Shown in pieces: positions 30,901 through 45,900 of a stretch of DNA of 64,000 bases (its first letter is position 1; every line of letters begins with the position of its first letter). The notes beneath the pieces were generated by a model. That model searched no databases. It saw only the letters and a program-made list of their open reading frames with translations, and was not told the DNA's origin. The translations under genes were made by a program, and so were the position numbers. The stretch spans positions 372,001 to 436,000 of the forward strand of contig JAQGDQ010000015.1 of the NCBI GenBank assembly GCA_030141605.1. The letters are read 5' to 3'. The stretch comes from Tubiluchus corallicola (Eukaryota > Animalia > Priapulida).

Positions 30901-33900
30901 ACGAGTGGGCAGATGGGGTTCTCAGTTATAAATGCGTGTTTTTGGGCGTCAGCAAAAAACAGCGTGATGATAATAGATAAATAATCGAGAAGATAACTTT
31001 ACGGGGAAAATATTAAAATCTACAAAAGGGTTAAGGGCTGAATTTTTTCTAGAGTGAAGGGGCATGAACGTAGCCAAATATTAACATGGACAATATTTAT
31101 TATTTATTACGAATAGTATAGCGGTATATTGAAATAAATAAAATTGATGAGTGGGCCAGTAGGTTCTTTCTGAATGCTTGTTTTCCGTTGTGTGCATTAT
31201 GAGTTGCAGGTGTAGAAACTAAATGAAATTCAGACCTTTCAGACCACATTGGCCTGTTAGTGCCGCGTATTCCTATTCACCGTCACTGCCCACGGTACAT
31301 CATCCCTCAAATAGAGAGTTGTATTTGCCGGTTCCAATGAGACACAACTTGATTTGAATATGCTGCTAAAAATGGAAATCTTTGAGATTCTGAGATCTTA
31401 CGTAGATTGTTTCGTTCTTTATCAAAAGATGGCGATGCTGTATGACGGTATAATCCGTATAAAGCTTACTAAGTCTATTCAACTAAAAAATGTAAGCTTA
31501 AGAGTCTGCAAATTATTATAATATTAGTGCATCTTACAAAAGTTTTCTATATAGCCCTTTATGAACTGCTTATTAAGTTTTAATGCGAGGTCGTTAATTT
31601 TATCATTATGGTTTTCTATGGAATTGGTTTTTCTATAGGTGTAGGCCTATGCTCTACACAAATAACATGGTAGAAATAATATTAAATTGAATTGATTATC
31701 GTCCATAGATTTTAGATGGTTTTTTCTTGAATTAAATTTTCTCACTTATACTCTTTTACTCTGCTGTAGCTTTTAGCAAATTATAATTTCTCCTTTGTTT
31801 TCCATTTCATTTTCAAGTACATGTAAATAGATATAGCTATTTTCATGCTGCTCCTTTGCAGTTTTATTAATGGGGTAAATTTTCACTGTTTTATGTTTTA
31901 ATTTATGGAACATACATACTAAACTGGATGAAACTATACTTTGCTGAATCGCTGTAGTCTTTATTTTCATTTTTGCGACTCTGTATATATTCTTAACAGC
32001 ACTAACATGTTTTTTTCTTACTTTTATTCATTTCTCCTCGATCTATTGTTCTTAAGCTTGGAATTTATACGTTGCTACTAACATAAATTTGCAAGAGTTT
32101 GTGAACTTGTGCGCAACGAATATCATTGCAATTGACGTAATATTTAAATTGTTAAACATCTTATAAAATGTATTTAAAAGCAAACATCACTTTTAAATGC
32201 TTCGTGCAATGTTAGACAAACTAATTTGACGATCTTTGTAATAAGTGTGGCCGCTAGCAGGCAAGAGACCACGCGTGCCCCCAAACACCTGCCAAACACA
32301 ACAATTCGGCTAAAAACTGTTTTTCAAAATTAACTGCAGCTTTAATCTCCGCTTCACCTGTTTGTGCTGGGCAACTTTCAAATTTCACTGATCAAAATAA
32401 TAAAATATCATTATCCGCATTCTTTTATTAATAACAGCCAGTGCTGGCAGCCTAGCATCCATTTGCAAACATAACGGCAGGCCAGTGGGGCTAGGCCTAT
32501 AAATGGGCCTATAATTAAGAAATCGATACGTTGTTGCTTTACGAGGAAAATTATTGCAATGCATATACTACTTTTAATGAATATTTTCAGGATGTCTTAG
32601 AAAGTGCGTTTAAAATTTTGAACATTTATGAAACGTGGAACTGAAAGTTAATTAAGACAATTTAGTCAAGATTATATTTATTATGATGATGATGTATGGA
32701 GTGACAGTCAAAGTTTGCGTTACCCTGCCGTCATCACTACACAAAGCATATCTGAATGGTATGTGATTTTTGATTTTGGATGATTTTCTGTAGGATTCAA
32801 AGTTTAGTTTGGGGGTTTCACAATTTTTCCACCTTTCTGAATCAATTGTGTACACCCAAATAGAGGTAACGTGCCTGAAGCAGTGAAATTTTGCATATTG
32901 CAGAATTGTACGTTGTATGTACTGTAAATTGTATATTGTACCTTTAACTGAATTATCCTTTATATTGTTTGCTGTAAATTTTTAAAATTGTAAAATGACT
33001 ATGCAGACACCTTATACTCGCCTTCGGACGGCATTAAAATTGAACAGCAATAGCTGCAGTGAGGAAATTATAAGACAAATTTGTCTGATACATTACTTTA
33101 ATGGCCTGTTTGTTGACGTAGTCTTGCATAAATCTATTACCTCTTATATCTAGAACCACGTCCAAAAGTTTTCATTGCCTTAGTAAGAATTGATAGTCGG
33201 AACATACTTGCACTGGGAAAAAGATTACTTTTCTATTTTTTAAACTTTAGTCTCATAATCGTTAATTCGATTTTCAGTGGCCTCATTCTGACTTTGCGGC
33301 CGCAATAATATGCACATAGCAGTTGGTGGGTCGCAGTTCCTAGACTTCCACCAACGCACGCCATCGCTTTATGGGGCCGTATCTGAAAATTTAATAAGTC
33401 TTTATTGAATTCGTCGTTACGGCGCCAAAATTTCATCACTAAATGTTGTAAGCGACCATTATGTGGCGATTATAAATTATATTCTGTTAAAATGCAAGTG
33501 AAATTGGTTTGCTACAAAGAACAGGTGCAAAAGAGCATGGTGGCTACAACTATCAAACCACAACCTTTACTGAAAACATTAGGTGTAAGTCTAAACTATA
33601 ATTCCAAGGAACTTTTTTCTGCAAAAGCATAGCGATTGTTTAGAAAGATGAAAAAGAAATCTGCGAGAACCAAATTGTTGCACCCCAGTGGAGGCTCAAT
33701 ACTCAGGTGTGTTTCCAAGAATTAGGTTTGTCAATCATCCATTTCATTACTGCATTGGAAACCAAATGAGTTTACAGGACAGTATAACCTATTTGAATAT
33801 TAATTTGATCATATTTTATCCAATTTGATTCGTAGAATCCTTGTACGGCTGCGTGCAAATTAATAATTCAGCACTGCTCTAACGTCTGATTTTTTTACCG

Positions 33901-36900
33901 GTAATTGGCTGATTAGACCTATGTTAGTTGTTTGGATATTCAGGCTTAAAGTTTCATTGCTTTATGAAATTTCCACGAAAGGATACACTAATATAAATAC
34001 TCTGCACTTATAAACAAAAAAGAGTGTTCAGGGACCATGCACAAGCCTAATATTGTTAATGCGTTATATTTATTCATTTTTATACCGCATTATTGAACAC
34101 TAGTTTTAGATTTTAGGTTAGGTTTGTATAAATATTGTAAAACTTTGTCACCTTTCAATACCGGAGTGTACATATGTGTCATTACTAAATTTTTAAAATG
34201 TTGTAACAATGAAACCGTGTAATACAAGTCTAGTGTGTATATTCTATTCAGTTCTGTTTTTTTGTCACGGTCGACAGGCTTAAAGTCTTTTCAGCTGCTA
34301 ACGTTCGTAAAATCGAAAAGTATGCCCACCGAAACGAACCGAACACACAAATTTGAAATTAACTGATAAAAGCACATGTATGATAACAGTTAATTGTTTT
34401 GGAGGTGTAGAACATTTGTAAAATAATTACGAAACGTATAAATTAAAGCGCTCTTTGAACGCTGTTATAGTTGCGTAATAACATAGCTGATCTACCTTCG
34501 GAGTCACTACATTATTTATTTAAATAATACGTTTGTAATGTTTTATAGGCAGACTCGTTATTATAGATGTTCCAATAGAAGATCCATTTCCTATCAATGA
34601 GCCACTTATTGGGCAGGAGTAAACCACGCTGGTTAAAAATAGCAAATTCAAGAGCCACACGTCCTAATGAAGGGCCAGAATAAAAACCAGCAAAATTACT
34701 GATGGCAAACTGTGCTTTTTAGAGATGTAGTCCTGCTGCTTTTAGCTTCTCAACTAGATTTCAAAGATTCTAAATCACACAATAAAAATCTGGTAGAATA
34801 ACACCCCAACAGTATTTATTTCTAAATATGACTCTTTTGAGTTTTAATTTCTTTAAATTTGAAACATATGAACGCTCATTGAAAACTTAACAAACACGAG
34901 TGATCGCGGGGAAAACTTCTTGAATGAGGTGGGGGAGGGGGACCCATACAGATGACATGCTGACGTCAGATATACAAAATGATTCCACATGTAGGACATG
35001 TCATCTGTTAATCTTCTTTGACCTGACTCAGAGCTACAAGTTTACCTTTCTGGAGAGATATATGCTTCAGTAGTAAATACTTATTACAAATCATATAAAC
35101 AAGGTCATTTAGTAATGAGAAGACATCCAAAATTTGAGTATTAGCCAGCTTAGGAAATACTGACTAAATAAATACCATATTGTCACAGGCCTAACATTTA
35201 CCAACTAGAATAATGTTCTAATGTTGTTCGCCTGACATGCAACAAGAAAATTAAAACAAAAGTAAAGTTGAAAAATCACATTTTATTCTCAACACAAAAA
35301 TGCATACAATAATAAATTATTATTAAAATATTATATTAGGTTCTGTTTCGGTCTCTTCCTGAATGTCTACGTCACCATAGCTAGGGTCTGTATTATATAA
35401 GGTGCAGTGGCAGCCATGCATCGTCTTCACTAAGAAAACAACACCTGTATTTACAATAAATTCTTTTGCGAAGATGACGCACCGCTGCGACCACGTCATG
35501 AAGTACAATCATTGCAAACCCTGTCCCCGGCACAAGCTGATAACAATACTCCTACTATGTACAATGCCATCTGCTGGATACAAGATTAAACAATGCTCGA
35601 ACAAGTGAACATACATTGTACAAGTTAATAATGCAGTTGTCTGTCAGGTAAAACTCCCTATTTTATGTACATCAGACACTGACAGGCACGTGGCAGTATA
35701 GCCAGTAACAATGCATGTAAATTAAAGAGGTAGGTGTCAGTGCAAAATTTTAATGGAATTTGTGACAACAAAATTTGCAACAGTATAGCTTTTCAAACAG
35801 AGTAAACCACTAACCTTATGGTGACTGCACCTTTTTAATTACAACCCGCGAAGCATAAAAAATGAAGCATTGCCTGAGTGAAATGAATTAACTTTTGAAT
35901 TAAATAACCTAGGTGGCGCTGGTAATGATTATTTACAAGGGCGCCATCCCATTGCACCAAGCGCCACCAAGGTGCACAAAGCTTAAATTAAGTAACCTTA
36001 CAGAGAACACTCATGATGGCATAAGAGGTATTTTACAATAAAGCACTGTAAATTACATTCGTGGACAGACAAATCTATAATAAAATCAGTTTGATGCACC
36101 TCTATGACGAAAATTTTTTATTACTCCTACTACAACTTCTATAACTGCTACTAATGAACAACAACAAGAACTAAGACAATTCTGGTAGCAAGATAATACA
36201 TAACTTCTACAAATGTACTAAACCAAATCTGATAACTAAAAACAATTTAAAATCGTGCAAGCCTGAGTAGTAAAAGCCGTATAAAGCCAAGCCAAATGGA
36301 TGCTAGTCGTCTGATATTTTTTCGCTAGAATTTGGGTCACAAGCTATACAACAAAATCAATAGAGTAAGCGGCATTTTAAATTCTGGCATTTTGCGTCGC
36401 TGCGGATTGGCAATCAATTTTGGTCCCTGGTGCAGAGAAAGCAGCAAGGCAAGCGACCGCTCTGAGGCGAGTGTGAACTAGCTGCCATCTATCGACACGT
36501 TTTTAAAACTCAGGGCTGGCACTCACTGGCTTTTTTACAAGGCAAAAAGAAAACCATTTAATCTTTACACATTTCCTGCAACTTCTAAATAACCGAAATT
36601 ACAGGACAACAAACACTTAGTATGAATACATGCACGAACGATGAATGAGGTAGTTTGAAATTGTTTCACAATACACAGTTCATGGGAGAGAATAATCAAC
36701 ATAACATAGGAATACAATTTATTCGAACAAATTTGCGCATTCATTATTTGGCGGACATCAGTCAACATAACTACATAAAAATATCTTTCTCTACTTTGTC
36801 GTTATGGGACGCAGGCCACCACAGAATCCTACGCATTTTAACAACTTGCTTTCAAATACACATTAGAACCAAGCTAACCCAGAAATGCTTCTCTCCTGAG

Positions 36901-39900
36901 GGCGAGCCAACAATTATGTAAGAGGTGGTACTTTAGCCCCCTCAAATAACGCAATATGTTACAATGACATGATTATAAACCCGTATTTCACTTTTATCAT
37001 GCCACTGATTCTATGATATAAACGCAACGTAAGAGCTACCTGTTCATATTCCAACCCGCCAAACTGAAAGAAAACGCCCCCTTACCATTGCATCTCGCTT
37101 CCCCTAAACACGACAACAGCTGCAGTTTTTTACATGCTGTAAGTTTTCTGCCAAACCCCGTGGTAACTGAATATTCCATTCCGTTCGACAACAAATTTCC
37201 TCTCAAAAGTAGGGCAAGTTTACTTTAAAGCTGCCATATAAACAAATAAGGCCGCGCAACTCCTTTTTCAGGATTTAAAAATAACCTGTCAAGTCCCGAT
37301 TAAAAACATATTTCTGTGGCGGGCTAAAACTAGGCCAGTAAATACCGGCCGTAGCAAAAAGATGTTCTTTAAGCAATTTGAACAGATGGGATTAAAGACT
37401 GTAGTTTAGGCTCTTTTAAGTAATATCTGGGTCACGCATTCAACATTCAGTATACACACGCGCACAGGTTCAATTTTCCACGTATGAAATTCACCTGAAG
37501 CCAAGTACACAATCGCTGCAGGAAAAAGCAAGTCTTCATCATTGAAACCAGGTCAACCCTCGTGGCAAAATCAATAATGCGCGTTTGTTGAAAACTCCGA
37601 GGAAGAATTTCATTTCTTTTACGTAATGGATGGTAATATTCTAGACTGTTGACGTTACGCACTAAACGCAAACGTCGTAGATTGCTAGCCTAGTCATACA
37701 AAACCACCCTGTACAGCAGGGCAAACTGGAGACTAACGCTAAGCAGATGATAAGCAGTATTAAATGAGAGTCCCTTTTTCTAAATAATCACCCCATACGA
37801 GAACCTAAAACCAAATTAGTAAACAAACAATTTTTGAATATTTTTCTTTGCTTCGCAACTTCAGTTTTTGTTCAATGATGTCTTTAATGGCCCCAAAAAC
37901 AAAGTGCAATTTTAAACTTGGCTACGCTTACATAAAATTTGTCTTGTTCTTCTTGTAAAAGCCCTTCTTGAGAGAAGTGGAGAAATACGTATTGCTTTTT
38001 TCAACTCATATGCTTTAGAAACGTGACAGTGGTCATAGATCACCGGGGCTAACAAAATGATGGTTAGATCGTGCGGAAAATTTTACAGATTAAACTTGTA
38101 TAATAACATTTGCTATAATTTCATGTGGGTATAGTGAAGTTTATTAAACGATTTCAAGGATTTTTTTAATTTTCCAAGTAATAAATTTTCGTTTGAGACG
38201 GACAAAAGGATGATATCATCAACGAAGCCCCATAAACTAATAAAAAACTCATTAAAATACATGAAAGCAATGATTCATCCACCAATAACAAAACGCGACC
38301 TTAATTTCATTGAATTGTTCAATAATTTTTGCTGTTACGACCCAATTTTGCCGGCGGCTATAAAAAGAGTAATGAAATTTTTTAATAACAAAAAATAATT
38401 GCATCTGCTTTTTGGAGCAGCATAAAATTCGCGTTAAACATGCTAGAATGGGCGTTGCTTTCGCAATAACTGCAATTAACTGTTGGACTTTAATTAAAAT
38501 GTTTTGTTTCCACCATTTTGTAATTGGAAAGTTGTTAAATGTTGAAGCTTATTAAACATTAGTAAACGCAATACATGCCACGAAATAGTATATGGAGTTT
38601 GTGAACCGAGTCAGAGTGTGCAAGAATGCCCAACTTAGGGTCGAAACAAGATTGTGCAAAAAGCCAAAAAGGGACCAAAAGGATCGAGTCTGTGCTAGGA
38701 CTTCTTGCATTCAAAATTTTATCATCGTCCTTGATTATTTTGTTAAGTATTTTTGCGTTTGATAGCTAAAAACAGGTGACCGAGTCTAGTCGGTGTCTAT
38801 AAGCATTATCAATGCAGCAGTGGACCGAGATTAGTCACGGTCCAGGCCAGTATCTGCCAGTGTAAATTATTTGTCAAGCATGCTCCATATTTTAATAACT
38901 GTATACAGGAATAGTAATTTTTCCGTGAAGAAATCAATGATGACATTATAATGAAACAAGAAAAATTGCCTATTTACGCACGCACGCATTCCCGCAGTAA
39001 AATTCAGTGATTGAAGCTCCGGCTACAATGAAACGCTCGGCAGATAAACACACAAGTTTACAGCCTGACAATAAAAGCTGTTGCCCGCTGTGCCGTGAGG
39101 AGAGGGTTAAACGTACTGGCACGCGTTCACTCGAGCGTATTGTGGCGGCTTAACTCTTTCCCACAAGCGGCACGAGTTTGAGTGTTATATAGGACGCGTG
39201 CCTGTGCTCCAGTTATACCGCACGTGACTTCTCCGAAAGTTCCGGAAACAACGCAGCACCGATTACGCAACTACATAAAAAATTACCATAAAACTTTTTA
39301 AAACCTTTCTTATCGGAAAAGTAGACCTGGATTGAACAAACTTCGTCTTTAATTTCCTTTAATTGCGACTGAGTCTTAGACGAAAATGCTCAACACTTCC
39401 ATCATTTAGGTGCGTGGACTGAATAACGTCACACATTTCGTGGAAACACAGACATTTCAACAAGTTACTTTCTATAATCATAAAGTTGCAATATTGCTAT
39501 GAGATACATGTTTTAGCCACACTGACAGAAGTTTGCACACTATAAGAGTTAGAATCAAACATAAACACTGGTAAATAGCCAAATACAAGTAAGCTGCTAT
39601 AACGAATGCCGTTTTGGTCTTACTACCCATATTATTAGTATTACGAGGCCCCGATGGAAGAGCAAAGCATAATTTTTTGACCTCTTGGCAGCCAGCTTCT
39701 TTCTCTCTCCCCTGAGTCCGAGTAAAATGCATTATTTTCCGCGTAGAAAGGGCCACGTATAACTCAACACAACAATTTCACTATAAATGCATGAGTCAGC
39801 ATTTAGGATCAATGCCTTTTAGTAGCGCAGTACAGCTGATTAATAAATCATGTCTAGGCTTTGTTTACATAGCTAATTTCATTCGTCAACGCAGACCCAA

Positions 39901-40149
39901 GTTCTGGCTAAATTCGTGCGACGGCTGAAACTAATGCACTATTGTTATCTAAAATAACAGCCGTGTCATCCGAAATCGTAAAACCGTTTCTTGTGCAGGA
40001 CATGTCCAGATAAATTGCACCGGAATTTCCATACTTACGAAATAACTTGTCTTGCAGTAGTACAATTGTACCGTTATTATACATGTGCAGACAATGTAAG
40101 AGTGAAGATCCAGGCATGCCAGCAACTTACCATTACTGAATAGCTCATG

Positions 40150-40280
40150 TGCCTATCCCCCCACTCTCTCCTTTCCTCTCCTCTCCTTTTCATCCGTCTC
40201 TCTCATTCTCCCCTCATCTACCCCTTCCTTTCTCTCCACCTTTCCTTCTTTACCTCTTTCCTTCTCTCCTCTCCACTTTG
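40150..40280. repeat. Pyrimidine-rich (CT) low-complexity tract
   Basis: About 130 nt composed almost entirely of C and T. Confidence 0.85.
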
Positions 40281-42765
40281 TCATTCTGTTCAATACAGGT
40301 TACGGTTCTTTCGTCACATAGATCCACAAACCAAAGTTACGCACACAGACCCACAAACTAACATCGCATGCCAAGCACAAGTACTCTACATACTATGATA
40401 GTAGTGTTTTTCTGCACATCCGGTGGCTAATAATGTTGGAAAGATCAAGTTTCTTCATTCACACCAGCTTATAGTAGCATCACACCAGTACTATCCGCAG
40501 AGAAGACTGCACACGAGCTCAGCGCTAAGCCTAAGCCATTAACCAAAGCGTGCAGCTCCAAAGTGGAAAGAGGGTTTCAGAATTGCCCGGTCCCTCAACC
40601 CTCTAGACTGAGAGACAAGGTCCACTCATAAAAGGAAATGTATAAAAATCATCTATGCTATCTGAGCCAAGTGGAGTAATCCTGTTACCTCGCTAACCAC
40701 AATCAGAACAAAAAAGTGATCAGAATAACAACGCTAAGTTAGTTAGATCGACGTGTGATATGAATTACACTTAGAAACAGGAAACAGCTAGCTATAGAGT
40801 GACACTGGGTCAAAAACAGTTACTACCAGCAGTCAGCCGATATGATGACGTCATTAGGGCAAGCTTACGTGACTGTACTACTACGGCTATGTGGTCGTGA
40901 CCAAAGGTCAGTTTCGATTAGGTGCTGATATTGGGAGGCAAGCAAAACAAAATTAATGAGGAAATAAGGGTTTTACTGCAAACTCTCATCAATTCGGTTG
41001 ACAGTTCGGGAAAGGCAAATATCGAAATGGCCAAATTGGCAATTTATTGCAAATGCACTTGATTAATGATTTGAGATGTTCAGGCATGACTTACAAGCTA
41101 ACAATGCATGCAAAGAGTGTATAAGCAGAAAGACATTGCCTGTCAAGCACGTGATATATACAGAAGCAGAAAGATATAAGACACATAACATTTTCTATTA
41201 ATGAACAAAACAAACTGCTGCTTCAATAATAATCGTAGTCGGAACAGATAGATTTTCATAATAATTAGCAAAGCATTATTCACCATTACACTTGCGAGTG
41301 CTCTCACCCCAACACTATTCCCTCTCTCACTCTGTAGCTGCGGACGAAAAAACACGTTTGGACACTAGCTCACTGTTTCGCTTGTTTACAAAACGTCAAC
41401 ATTTTTGAATAGAATCACTCCCTCGCTGATGCATTCATGGTGTGCTGGCTTATAGAACTCGAAAAAAAAACAAGAAAAGAGGGCGACAAGCACACTAGGA
41501 AACTGAACCTTTTCAAAGCTCACCCGCACGCGAAAATTTTGCCTTATTTTTTAAGAAGCACCTCGAATGCAATAAAAAATTAAATAGTGGCGTTTATCTT
41601 CATTCCTTTACAGTGATTATACACTTGTAACCATGTATAGTAGTAACGTTGATTAAACGTGTAAAAATAGATGAATTTGCCATTATTTACAAAACCGCAC
41701 TGATGAAATTCGATTTTTCTGGCAACTGTAGTAATACCAGTTATTCTTGAAGTGAATATGAGAGAGGAGGACCACAGGCCCGCATATTTTTCAGCGACGA
41801 TGCCCCTTAAGTAACAGAAAAACAGTGGCATTAACCCGGTCCACATTAAACTAGAAGGGAAACAGCGTGCTGGTAGAAAAAATAACCGGGCCCACCGGGT
41901 GGGCACAGACCCCTACCTTAAAACTGCCAAATTTAATGGCTGTAAAAATACAAGGCTATGCTTCGTCCAAACAAACCTTTGACCATGCATATCTGAAATG
42001 TTGTATGAAGTAAAATGGGTCAAGGATGGATATTTGTTAAGTATAAAGTCTCATCGTCAGCACGATGAAAAATTAATCTTATACCAAGCTCGAGATCAAT
42101 CTAGATTAAAACAAGAAATATGCAATGTGCGTCACGACATTTTGCTTATCCTGGTTAGCTTCCTTTGCGCCTTGTTTCTTTAACTTCTTGAATCGATCAC
42201 TTTTTTAAAATTTTGATCAATGACTGACTAATCACCTAAAAAAACATTTCAATTGAAATTGAGCCCCAGCCCCAGTCCCATTACAATTTAACGTTAGAAA
42301 AAATGACTCCGCTTTCTCAGTCCCTCAACAGTCAGCGCAAAACTGTCTCCAATCAATAAACTTCTTAAAGCCAAGAAAGAATACACTAAGCGAAAATCCT
42401 ACTTTCATTTTCCTTTAAACCTTTGTGGAAAATATATTTCAATTCCACGTCCATTTGACAAACGTTTATAATCGAATAACGGGTCTAGAAGAAAAGTGCC
42501 GAACGGGTTGGACGACCTACGAAACTCCGGCAAACAAATCCGGACGTGCCGCAAAATCCGGGGAGACTTAAGAGAGGAGCAATTTAATATAGCCAAATCG
42601 AATTGCCCCCTTTCCGGGAAAAATGTATTTTCACGAAGCACTTGTTTTGCAAATTTTGCAGTAAATTTGGAAGAGCTTGTAGCAGTCCAACGGCGAATAA
42701 ACTTACAAAATTGATTTTGCCATTTTTACTCGAGCTTAAATGGATATTTCTGAAATCTCGAGTGG

Positions 42766-42951
42766 AGGGGCGTATCCATACAAAGTGAGTTAGAAAACTA
42801 AAATTCTTGCATCAAAATGTGCCTTCGGCTGCGTAGAAAACAGTTTTAACCCGTTTACTTTATCGGATGTATCGCAAAATAATTTTCAGGTTTAATCTCA
42901 GTACACCCTAACAAAACCATTTATCACCTCCGTCGCATTTGGATACACCCT
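42766..42951. mobile_element. Degraded short MITE (hAT-like termini)
   Basis: GGGGCGTATCCA ... TGGATACACCC inverted ends; a similar pair AGCGCATCCA ... TGGATACGCT occurs at about 50037-50219. Confidence 0.4.
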
Positions 42952-45900
42952 AGGGCGCACATCTAATGGTTTGGGAAAATTGAATTGCTTACAAGTTTAG
43001 GATTTACGTCAAACAGCCTCTGTCGATAAAAATTGAAATTTTTTTACAATTTCAGCCCATTAGCGGTCGAGGAAAATGCATCACCATTTCCACGAACACA
43101 AAGCCACCCTGGTCACATGACTTCAGTCGAAGTTGCGCAACAAGCCGATTCTCGGAAATGTTTTGAAATTTTTCAATTTCATTAAAGCCAGCGAGCACAA
43201 ATTGCAGGTAGGTGGCTGCGAGTGCAAAAAATTCTGAACTCCACATGACATCAGAAGCAAGAGCTGCGTGTAATTAAGTTGATTAAAACTACCTAGAATA
43301 AATATTTAACAAACGGACTTTAGTACACCATTAATTTAAAGATATTTTGAGGAGTATAAACCGCTAATGACAATTAAAGAATCACAGCTTAATAATGTTA
43401 GTTCCCTACCCATTGTTATTCAAAGAACAATAAGTCTTTAGAGGGAGTCTTAAACTTATCATGCATCAAATTCATTTTAGAATGTTACTGCTCACTCGAA
43501 ACAATGTTGTACGCCAATCCAAGCCCCGAAAATTTTATCCTGTCAATGGCCAGAAAGAAAGAGGCTCGCATTTAAAGACCTACATGACACAGATTTTTTC
43601 CGGAGTGAGTAACCTGTGCTCAATAGTAATAGACTCGTGTGTATACAATGGTCAGATAATGCAATGAAGTACCTGCCAGTTTTTTTAATTTTCCCTACTA
43701 ATCAGTTGACGACCTAAAAAACTTAAATAGGCAGGAAGGCTGGCAATGTTTCCAGTACTGGAATACCCTGTAATGAGTAAATCGTTTGAGTTCAATAGTC
43801 TGAGGCTCTGTAGAAACTGTTTACTTTCTGTTTCTATAACGATTTAAGATCGCTCTACAAGGGAATACTTTCAATAAATTGAGATATTAGATGCTCTTGA
43901 TTGCACGTTAGCGGCGGGATGGAATTATTCGAGGACAGTATACGGCTACTATAGAATTTACAATACACCATGTTACGCATAATAAAACGTAAGCTTACTA
44001 CTTTATTTTAATACAGAAAAGAAAGTTTATAAACATATACAATCAAATTTTGTTTTTCAACTTTGACAGTTTGCCGCTTGATTACCTGTCGTGAATTTTA
44101 CCTGTGTTGACGGCTACCTAAGAGGGGGACGGCAAATTTTCGAAAAAATGAACCCATTCAGCATATACGCCTGAATTTCTGCGGAAATAGGACGTAATAA
44201 CAATTTTTGCAAGACAGGTTTTTTAGGCGTTCAACAATTTTATTATTCATACAACTAGCGGACCATGATGACAAAAGAGCGAGGCGGATTCAGGCAAGAT
44301 GGAAAAGAAATGTTAAGACGGAAATTCGCCAATGTCTTACTAAAATTTTGGACAGTTTGCAGAAATATACGATCAGCATACTTCGGTACAATCCGCTACA
44401 GTTCAACAAATCAAAAGTTAAGTGTTAGTTGAGCACTTTTTAACTAACCAAAGTTGTCTCACACAAAAATTGACGACGCAGAATTGTACACAGGTAGTTC
44501 TCTTTTTCATATGCCCGAGCTGTTGTCATTATGCAAATTTGGCAAATTGTTGTCCAGCTGGCCGGTACAGTGCGGCTGAAATTACCCAAATCAAACGCTT
44601 AAAAATATTTTGCACGGCCGCAACTCTTGCGGGGAAATTAAATAATGCAGAGAGTATTGACCCTGCCGCGCATGATAATGAGCTTCGTAGTAAATACAGC
44701 AGGAGCGGTTGTACGACAACATCCACGTCGGCTTCCAGGGGGCACTCCACTTTGTACTAGCAACGCCACCTACAGCAAACTGCTGTAAATGCTGAAAACG
44801 AAAGTATTATGTACGGAAAACAATGTGCCAAACTTTGGAACATCTAGGTTAAGATACTTAAGGAAAATAATTTAGTTTGAGCTTTTGACATCTGAACCCC
44901 CTGTAAAAGTCGCCACTGGATGTGCTCCTTTCATCACGGATACTGCGGAGGTAATTACAATGATTCTCGTCATTTATAAATTAATAGAAAGTAAGAAATG
45001 TAGTGAATGATTTCTCACTACGTGCAGAGGAACAATGAAACTATTCACCTTTAATTACGTTATTACTTTATTTTCTACTGTAATTTCACAGTCTTGTTGT
45101 GGCAGGAAAAACTTACAGATTTAAATTATTTTAGATAAATGCACACCTAAACACTTAAAATATTTAGGCTCACAAAATCTAATAATCTAATAGTTTTTTC
45201 TTAGATATGCTAGTACCCTTAATGCAAGTAATGCAATCCAAAATGTTTTTTCATTGGTAAATTTTGTTACATCATTTAAGTGGTGCCTCATTCAACAAAA
45301 CTAAAGATAATAATAATTATAATAATGCATATAAATCTACAGCGTTTCCTAGGTAACTGAAGATGATGGTTCAGAAGATGGAATGACCGGATAGACTACA
45401 ATATTAAGAAGCCCAGCAAAAACGACTAATTCTGAGAGTACAAGAAGTGAAAATAGCCAAAACATGTCAACACTGTTCATTAGAGAGAAAACTCTGACGA
45501 ATTATGTATGATATATAATTGTTTTAGGATATATAGCTGTCTGGTTTATACAAAATATGAGCAGACATGAGACCCTTTCGTCAATAAATAACTTCATTAC
45601 CTACAAAACGGCATTTTTGCAATATAGTGTTCAAACTCAATGTTTTCATGCCCGTGATGATGTTGGAGTTAGTAGTACGAATAACAAGGGTTAGTATGGG
45701 TAACAAGGTCCATAGTGCATCATTATCCGCTACTTATACTAGTTAAGTATCCAGCGGCTTGAAGTTCGACTAAGTCATTTTAATCTTCGAATAAGCAACC
45801 TACACACCGCTACATAAAAGAAGGCTTGACCGCACATGCATGCGCGAATTCACTAGTCTGATTCGTATTACTAATTAACTTATTTAAGAAAAGGTATATG

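Noticed and set aside
35638-35688. TGTCTGTCAG...CTGACAGGCA inverted repeat
   Set aside because: Short stem with a large unpaired loop, compatible with chance.
37447-37671. 74-aa ORF with faint resemblance to a hAT transposase segment
   Set aside because: Too few conserved residues and no TIRs identified.
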